From NCBI GenBank assembly GCA_977017645.1, contig OZ360244.1:40362001-40426000 (forward strand): a stretch of DNA of 64,000 nucleotides. The letters run 5' to 3'. Positions 52,201-61,200 of this stretch are shown here, in pieces. The notes beneath the pieces are model-generated. The model made no database searches. It had not been told where the DNA came from and saw only the letters and a list, made by a program, of their open reading frames with translations. The number at the start of each line of letters is the position of its first letter. The first letter of the stretch is position 1. The stretch comes from Torpedo marmorata (taxonomy: Eukaryota). Both the position numbers and the translations under genes were made by a program.

Positions 52201-55200
52201 ACTCCATCAGAAACTTCAACATTAACAAGCGCGACAGTTGTTTCCACGTCACACACTGGAACACCAACCACAGAAGGTAACGACAAAGTCAAATATTGAT
52301 GAAAATCATGATGTGGATGTTGATTTTAAGGAGATGTAACGGACAAACAGATAGCTTCAATTGACTGTTTCTTTTGAAACCTATCGCTGGTGCTGTGGGG
52401 TTGGACGTTGGATGGGGAAGGTAAATCTGACACGATGCACAAATCTCACTCAAGGGTCCATATTATTAACAGAAAGCACAACAAGTGGAGATCAGTCAAC
52501 GACAGAATCACCTTCCACTGAGAAACCAACAGTAACGAGCAGTCCATCTGTTTCAAGCTCATTCACAGGATCCTCCTCTTCAGCAGGTAAATGGAAGAGA
52601 TCAAAGCCCTTTGCTTAAATTTGTTCCTCAATTACTTCTGCGACAACTGAGAGTGCAGAACAAAACATAGAAGAGACGATTTAAAAACAAACCGGTCCAC
52701 TGGAAACGACGATAGTTAAAGGCCTTGTGCAGCAGTTAGGGCAGAAGTTCAGCATGTAACCCCGATGAGGACCAGAATGTTCGGAGTGGTAAAGGGATTA
52801 ACTCGGGGAGCAATTGAAGGTTTACGATACACTTTGTGACAAGTATCAGAAATTTGACATTAACGTGCAGCTTTTCTATAATTCTTGAACGATACCTTGT
52901 CTTTGCCAAATGACATAATGTCCAGCATTTGCCACATATCAGTTGTTTTGATCGCCTGTTGTGTAAAAAACTATAGCGGCAACAATTGAAATGCACCTTT
53001 CCACTCCATTGGAAGGAAAGGCAACATTGGAAGGTCAGATGTCCTGTTGTGGCTCCAATCTATGAGTTCCTGAGTCGCAGGAGAAGATGTAACTTCTGAC
53101 AATTTGTTTTCCAAATCTGGACTCTGATTACATTTGGAGAACTTAACACACTCAACACTAATAATAGAATTTCTGCCTGCACCGCAGGAAAAAGAATCTC
53201 AGGGTTGTATGTGATGTCATGTATCCACTCTAACAATAAATCTGAATTATGAATTTTGAACAATTTAAAGTTTGTGCAGAGATTGCAGAGAAAAAGCTTT
53301 GAGTTAACAAAACCTACCGGTATTTGTGATTGAACAGGGTCTGAAACAACTATTCAGGAGACAACAGAGGGAACGTCATCATTAGAAACTTCAACATTAA
53401 CAAGCACGACAGTTGTTTCCACTTCACTCACCGGAACACCAACCACAGAAGGTAACGTGAAAGTCAAATATTGATGAAATTCAGGGTGTGGATGTTGATT
53501 TTAAGGAGATGTAACGGAGAAACAGATCAGCTTCAATTGACCGTTTCTTTTGCAACCGATCACTGGTGATGTGGGGTTGGACGTTGGATGGGGAAGGGAA
53601 ATCTGACACGATGCACAAATCTCACTCGAGGGTTCATATTTTTAACAGAGAGCACAATAAGTGGAGAGCAGTTAATGACGGGATCACCTTCCACTGAGAA
53701 ACCAACATCAACGAGCAGTCCGTCTGTTTCAAGCCCATTCACAGGATCCTCCTCTTCGGCAGGTAAATGGAAGAGATCAAAGCCCTTTCCCCAAATTTGT
53801 TCCTCAATTACTTCTGCGACAACTGAGAGTGCAGAACAAAATATAGAAGAGACGATTTTAAAACAAACAGTTACACTGAAAACGGCGATAGTTAAAGGCT
53901 TTGTGCAGCAATTAGGGCAGAGTTTCAGCATGCAACCCAAATGAGGACCAGAATGTTCGGGACGGTCACAGGGATTAACTCGGGGAACCATTGAAGAATT
54001 TCGATGCACTTTGTGATAAGTATCAGAAGTTTGACATTAACGTGCAGCTTTTCCATAATTCTTGAACGTTACCTTGTCTGTTCCAAATGACGAAATGTCC
54101 AGCATTTGCCACATATCAGTTGTTTTGATCACCTGTTGTGTAAAAAACTATAGCGTCAACAATTGAAATGCACCTTTCCACTCCATTGCAAAGAAAGGCA
54201 ACATTGGAAGGTCAGATGTCCCATTGTGGCTCCAATCTATGAATTCCTGAGTCGCAGGAGAAGCTGCAGCTTCTGACAATGTGTTTTCCAAATCTGGACT
54301 CTGATTACAATTGGAGAACTTAACGCACTCAACACTAACAGTAGAAATTCTGCCTGGCCCGCAGGAAAAAACAATCTCAGGGTTGTATGTGATGTCGTGG
54401 ATGTAATCTGACAATAAATCTGAACTATGAACTTTGAACAATTTAAACTTTGTGCAGAGATTGCGGAGAAAAAGCTTTGGGTTAACAAAACCTATTTGCA
54501 TTTGAACAGGGTCCGAAACAACCGTTCAGGTGACAACAGCGGGAACGACTCCATCAGAAACTTCAATATTAACAAGTACGACAGTTGTTTCCACGTCACC
54601 CACTGGAACACCAACCATGGAAGGTAACGAGAAAGTCAAATATTGATGAAAATCAGGGTGTGGATGTTGATTTTAAGCAGATGTAACGGAGAAACAGATC
54701 AGCTTCAACTGACCGTTTCATTTGCAACCGATCACTGGTGCTGTGGGGTTGGACGTTGGATGGGGAAGGGAAATCAGACAAGATGCACAAATCTCACTCA
54801 AAGGTCCATATTTTTAACAGAAAGCACAACAAGTGGAGAGCAGTCAATGACGGGATCACCTTCCACTGAGAAACCAACAGCAACGAGCAGTCCTTCTCTT
54901 TCAAGCTCATTCACAGGATCCTCCTCTTCAGCAGGTAAATGGAAGAGATCAAAGCCCTTTCCCAAAATTTGTACCTCAATTACCTTTGCGAGAATTGAGA
55001 GTGCAGAACAAAACATAGAAGAGACAATTTAAAAACAAACCGGTCCACTGAAAACAGCGATAGTTAAAGGCTTTGTTCAGCAGTTAGGGTAGAGGTTCAG
55101 CATGTAACCCCGATGAGGACCAGAATGTTCAGGGTGGTCACAGGGATTAACTCGGGGAACCATTGAAGAATTTCGATACACTTTGTGACAAGTATCAGAA

Positions 55201-58200
55201 GTTTGACATTAACGTGCAGCTTTTCCACAATTCTTGAACGTTACCTTGTGTGTGCCAAATGACGTAATGTCCAGTATTTGCCACATATCAGTTGTTTTGA
55301 TCACCTGTTGGCTAAAAAACTATAGCGGCAACAATTGAAATGCACCTTTCCACTCCACTGAAAAGAAAGGTAACATTGGAAGGTCAGATGTCCCATTGTG
55401 GCTCCAATCTATGAGTTCCTGAGTCGCAGGAGAAACTGCAGCTTCTGACAATGTGTTTTCCGAATCTGGACTCTGATTACAATTGGAGAACTTAACGCAC
55501 TCAACACTAACGGTAGAAATTCTGCCTGGCCCGCAGGAAAAAACAATCTCAGGGTTGTATGTGATATCATGTATTTAATCTGACAATAAATCTGAACTAT
55601 GAACTTTGAACAATTTAAACCTTGTGCAGAGATTGCGGAGAAAAAGCTTTGGGTTAACAAAATCCTACTTGCATTTGAACAGGGTCTGAAACAACCGTTC
55701 AGGTGACAACAGCGGGAACGACTCCATCAGAAACTTCAACATTAACAAGTACGACACTTGCTTCCACTTCACTCACTGGAACACCAACCACAGAAGGTAA
55801 CGACAAGGTCAAATATTGATGAAATTCAGGGTGTGGATGTTGATTTTAAGGAGATGTAACGGAGAAACAGATCAGCTTCAATTGACCGTTTCTTTTACAA
55901 CCGATCACTGGTGCTGTGGGTTTGGACGTTGGATGGGGAAGGTAAATCTGACATGATGCACAAATCTCACTCAAGGATTCATATTTTTAACAGAAAGCAC
56001 AACAAGTGGAGAGCAGTCAATGACGGGATCACCTTCCACTGAGAAACCATCAGCAACGAGCAGTCCGTTTGTTTCAAGCTCAATCACAGGATCCTTCTCT
56101 TCAGCAGGTAAATGGAAGAGATCAAAGCCCTTTCCCCAAATTTGTACTTCAATTACCTTTGCGAGAATTGAGAGTGCAGAACAAAACATATAAGAGATGA
56201 TTTAAAAACAAACAGTTACACTGAAAATGGCGATTGTTAAAGGATTTGTCCAGCAGTTAGGGCAGAGGTTCAGCATGTAACCCCGATGAGGACCAGAATG
56301 TTCAGGGTGGTCACAGGGATTAACGCGGGGAGCAAATGAAGGTTTACGATACACTTTGTGACAAGTATCAGAAATTTGACATGGACGTGCAGCTTTTCCA
56401 TAATGCTTGAACGATACCTTGTATTTGCCAAATGACGTAATGTCCAGCATTTGCCACAAATTAGTTGTTTTGATCGCCTGTTGGCTATAAAACTATAGAG
56501 GCAGCAATTGAAATGCACCTTTCCACTCCATTTGAAGGATAGGCATGATTTGAAGGTCAGATGTCCCATTGTGGCACCAATCTATGAGTTCCTGAATCGC
56601 AGGAGAAGCTGCAGCTTCTGACAAAGTGTTTTCCAAATCTGGACTCTGATTACAATTGGATAACTTAACGCACTCAACACAAACATTAGAAATTCTGCCT
56701 GCCCCGCAGGAAAAAGAATCTCAACGTTGTATGTGATGTCGTGTATGTACTCTGACAATAAAGCTGAAATATGAACTTTGAACAATTTAAACTGTGTGCA
56801 GAGATTGCGGAGAAAAAGCTTTGGGTTAACTAAACCTATTTGCATTTGAACAGTGTCTGAAACAACCGTTCAGGTGACAACAGCGGGAACGACTCCATCA
56901 GAAACTTCAACATTAACAAGCACGACAGTTGTTTCCACGTCACCCACTGGAACACCAACCACAGATGGTAACGACAAAGTCAAATATTGATACAAATCAG
57001 GGTGTGGATGTTGATTTTAAGCATATGTAACGGAGAAACAGATCAGCTTGAATTGACCGTTTCTTTTGCAACCGATCACTGGTGCTGTGGGGTTGGACGT
57101 GGCATGGGGAAGGAAAATCTGACATGATGCACAAATCTCACTCAAGGGTCCATATTTTTAACAGAAAGCTCAACAAGTGGAGAGCTGTCAACGACGGGAT
57201 CACCTTCCACTGAGAAACCAACAGCAACGAGCAGTCCGTCTGTTTCAAGCTCATTCACAGGATCCTCCTCTTCAGCAGGTAAATGGAAGAGATCAAAGCC
57301 CTTTCCCCAAATTTGTTCCTCAATCACTTCTGCGACAACTGAGAGTGCAGAACAAAACATAGAAGAGACAATTTAAAAACAAACCGGTCCACTGAAAACG
57401 GCGATAGTTAAAGGCTTTGTGCAGCAGTTAGGGCAGAGATTCAGCATGTAACCCCGATGAGGACCAGAAGATTCAGGGTGGTCACAGGGATTAACGCCGG
57501 GAGCAATTGAAGGTTTACGATACACTTTGTGACAAGTATCAGAAATTTGACATGGACGAGCAGCTTTTCCATAATGCTTGAACGATACCTTGTATTTGCC
57601 AAATGACGTAATGTCCAGCATTTGCCACAAATTAGTTGTTTTGATCACCTGTTTGCTATAAAACTAAAGCGGCAGCAATTGAAATGCACCTTTCCACTCC
57701 ATTGGAAGGTCAGATGTCCCATTGTGGCTCCAATCTATGAGTTCCTGAATCGCAGGAGAAGCTGCAGCTTCTGACAATGTGTTTTCCGCATCTGGACTCT
57801 GATGACAATTGGAAAACTTAACACACTCAACACAAACATTAGAAATTCTGCCTGTCCCGCAGGAAAAAGAATCTCAGGGTTGTATGTGATGTCGTGTTTG
57901 TACTCTGACAATAAAGCTGAAATATGAACTTTGAACAATTTAAACTTTGTGCAGAGATTGCGGAGAAAAAGCTTTGGGTTAACTAAACCTATTTGCATTT
58001 GAACAGGGTCTGAAACAACCGTTCAGGTGACAACAGCGGGAACGACTAAATCAGAAACTTCAACATTAACAAGCACGACAGTCGTTTCCACGTCACAAAC
58101 TGGAACACCAACCACAGAAGGTAACGACAAAGTCAAATATTGATGAAAATCATGATGTGGATGTTGATTTTAAGGAGATGTAACGGACAAACAGATAGCT

Positions 58201-61200
58201 TCAATTGACTGTTTCTTTTGAAACCTATCGCTGGTTCTGTGGGGTTAAACGTTGGATGGGGAAAGGAAATCTGACACGATGCACAAATCTCACTCGAGGG
58301 TTCATATTTTTAACAGAAAGCACAATAAGTGGAGAGCAGTCAATGACGGGATTACCTTCCACTGAGAAACCAACATCAACGAGCAGTCCGTCTGTTACAA
58401 GCTCATTCACAGGATCCTCCTCTTCAGCAGGTAAATGGAAGAGATCAAAGCCCTTTCCCCAAATTTGTTCCTCAATTACTTCTGCGACAACTGAGAGTGC
58501 AGAACAAAACATAGAAGAGACGATTTAAAAACAAACAGTTACACTGAAAACAGCGATTGTTAAAGGGTTTGTGCAGCAGTTAGGGCAGAGGTTCAGCATG
58601 TAACCCCGATGAGGACCAGAATGTTCGGAGTGGTCACAGGGATTAACTCGGGGAACCATTGAAGAATTTCGATACACTTTGTGACAAGTATCAGAAGTTT
58701 GACATTAACGTGCAGCTTTTCCACAATTCTTGAACGTTACCTTGTGTGTGCCAAATGACGTAATGTCCAGTATTTGCCACATATCAGTTGTTTTGATCAC
58801 CTGTTGGCTAAAAAACTATAACGGCAACAATTGAAATGCACCTTTCCACTCCACTGAAAAGAAAGGTAACATTGGAAGGTCAGATGTCCCATTGTGGCTC
58901 CAATCTATGAGTTCCTGAGTCGCAGGAGAAACTGCAGCTTCTGACAATGTGTTTTCCGAATCTGGACTCTGATTACAATTGGAGAACTTAACGCACTCAA
59001 CACTAACGGTAGAAATTCTGCCTGGCCCGCAGGAAAAAACAATCTCAGGGTTGTATGTGATATCATGTATTTAATCTGACAATAAATCTGAACTATGAAC
59101 TTTGAACAATTTAAACCTTGTGCAGAGATTGCGGAGAAAAAGCTTTGGGTTAACAAAATCCTACTTGCATTTGAACAGGGTCTGAAACAACCGTTCAGGT
59201 GACAACAGCGGGAACGACTCCATCAGAAACTTCAACATTAACAAGTACGACACTTGCTTCCACTTCACTCACTGGAACACCAACCACAGAAGGTAACGAC
59301 AAGGTCAAATATTGATGAAATTCAGGGTGTGGATGTTGATTTTAAGGAGATGTAACGGAGAACCAGATCAGCTTCAATTGACCGTTTCTTTTACAACCGA
59401 TCACTGGTGCTGTGGGTTTGGACGTTGGATGGGGAAGGTAAATCTGACATGATGCACAAATCTCACTCAAGGATTCATATTTTTAACAGAAAGCACAACA
59501 AGAGGAGAGCAGTCAATGACGGGATCACCTTCCACTGAGAAACCATCAGCAACGAGCAGTCCGTTTGTTTCAAGCTCAATCACAGGATCCTTCTCTTCAG
59601 CAGGTAAATGGAAGAGATCAAAGCCCTTTCCCCAAATTTGTACTTCAATTACCTTTGCGAGAATTGAGAGTGCAGAACAAAACATATAAGAGATGATTTA
59701 AAAACAAACAGTTACACTGAAAATGGCGATTGTTAAAGGATTTGTCCAGCAGTTAGGGCAGAGGTTCAGCATGTAACCCCGATGAGGACCAGAATGTTCA
59801 GGGTGGTCACAGGGATTAACGCGGGGAACAAATGAAGGTTTACGATACACTTTGTGACAAGTATCAGAAATTTGACATGGACGTGCAGCTTTTCCATAAT
59901 GCTTGAACGATACCTTGTATTTGCCAAATGACGTAATGTTCAGCATTTGCCACAAATTAGTTGTTTTGATCGCCTGTTGGCTATAAAACTATAGAGGCAG
60001 CAATTGAAATGCACCTTTCCACTCCATTTGAAGGATAGGCATGATTTGAAGGTCAGATGTCCTATTGTGGCACCAATCTATGAGTTCCTGAATCGCATGA
60101 GAAGCTGCAGCTTCTGACAAAGTGTTTTCCAAATCTGGACTCTGATTACAATTGGATAACTTAACGCACTCAACACAAACATTAGAAATTCTGGCTGCCC
60201 CGCAGGAAAAAGAATCTCAACGTTGTATGTGATGTCGTGTATGTACTCTGACAATAAAGCTGAAATATGAACTTTGAACAATTTAAACTGTGTGCAGAGA
60301 TTGCGGAGAAAAAGCTTTGGGTTAACTAAACCTATTTGCATTTGAACAGTGTCTGAAACAACCGTTCAGGTGACAACAGCGGGAACGACTCCATCAGAAA
60401 CTTCAACATTAACAAGCACGACAGTTGTTTCCACGTCACCCACTGGAACACCAACCACAGATGGTAACGACAAAGTCAAATATTGATACAAATCAGGGTG
60501 TGGATGTTGATTTTAAGCATATGTAACGGAGAAACAGATCAGCTTGAATTGACCGTTTCTTTTGCAACCGATCACTGGTGCTGTGGGGTTGGACGTGGCA
60601 TGGGGAAGGAAAATCTGACATGATGCACAAATCTCACTCAAGGGTCCATATTTTTAACAGAAAGCTCAACAAGTGGAGAGCAGTCAACGACAGGATCACC
60701 TTCCACTGAGAAACCAACATCAACGAGCAGTCCGTCTGTTTCAAGCTCATTCACAGGATCCTCCTCTTCAGCAGGTAAATGGAAGAGATCAAAGCCCTTT
60801 CCCCAAATTTGTTCCTCAATCACTTCTGCGACAACTGAGAGTGCAGAACAAAACATAGAAGAGACAATTTAAAAACAAACCGGTCCACTGAAAACGGCGA
60901 TAGTTAAAGGCTTTGTGCAGCAGTTAGGGCAGAGATTCAGCATGTAACCCCGATGAGGACCAGAAGATTCAGGGTGGTCACAGGGATTAACGCCGGGAGC
61001 AATTGAAGGTTTACGATACACTTTGTGACAAGTATCAGAAATTTGACATGGACGTGCAGCTTTTCCATAATGCTTGAACGATACCTTGTATTTGCCAAAT
61101 GACGTAATGTCCAGCATTTGCCACAAATTAGTTGTTTTGATCACCTGTTTGCTATAAAACTAAAGCGGCAGCAATTGAAATGCACCTTTCCACTCCATTG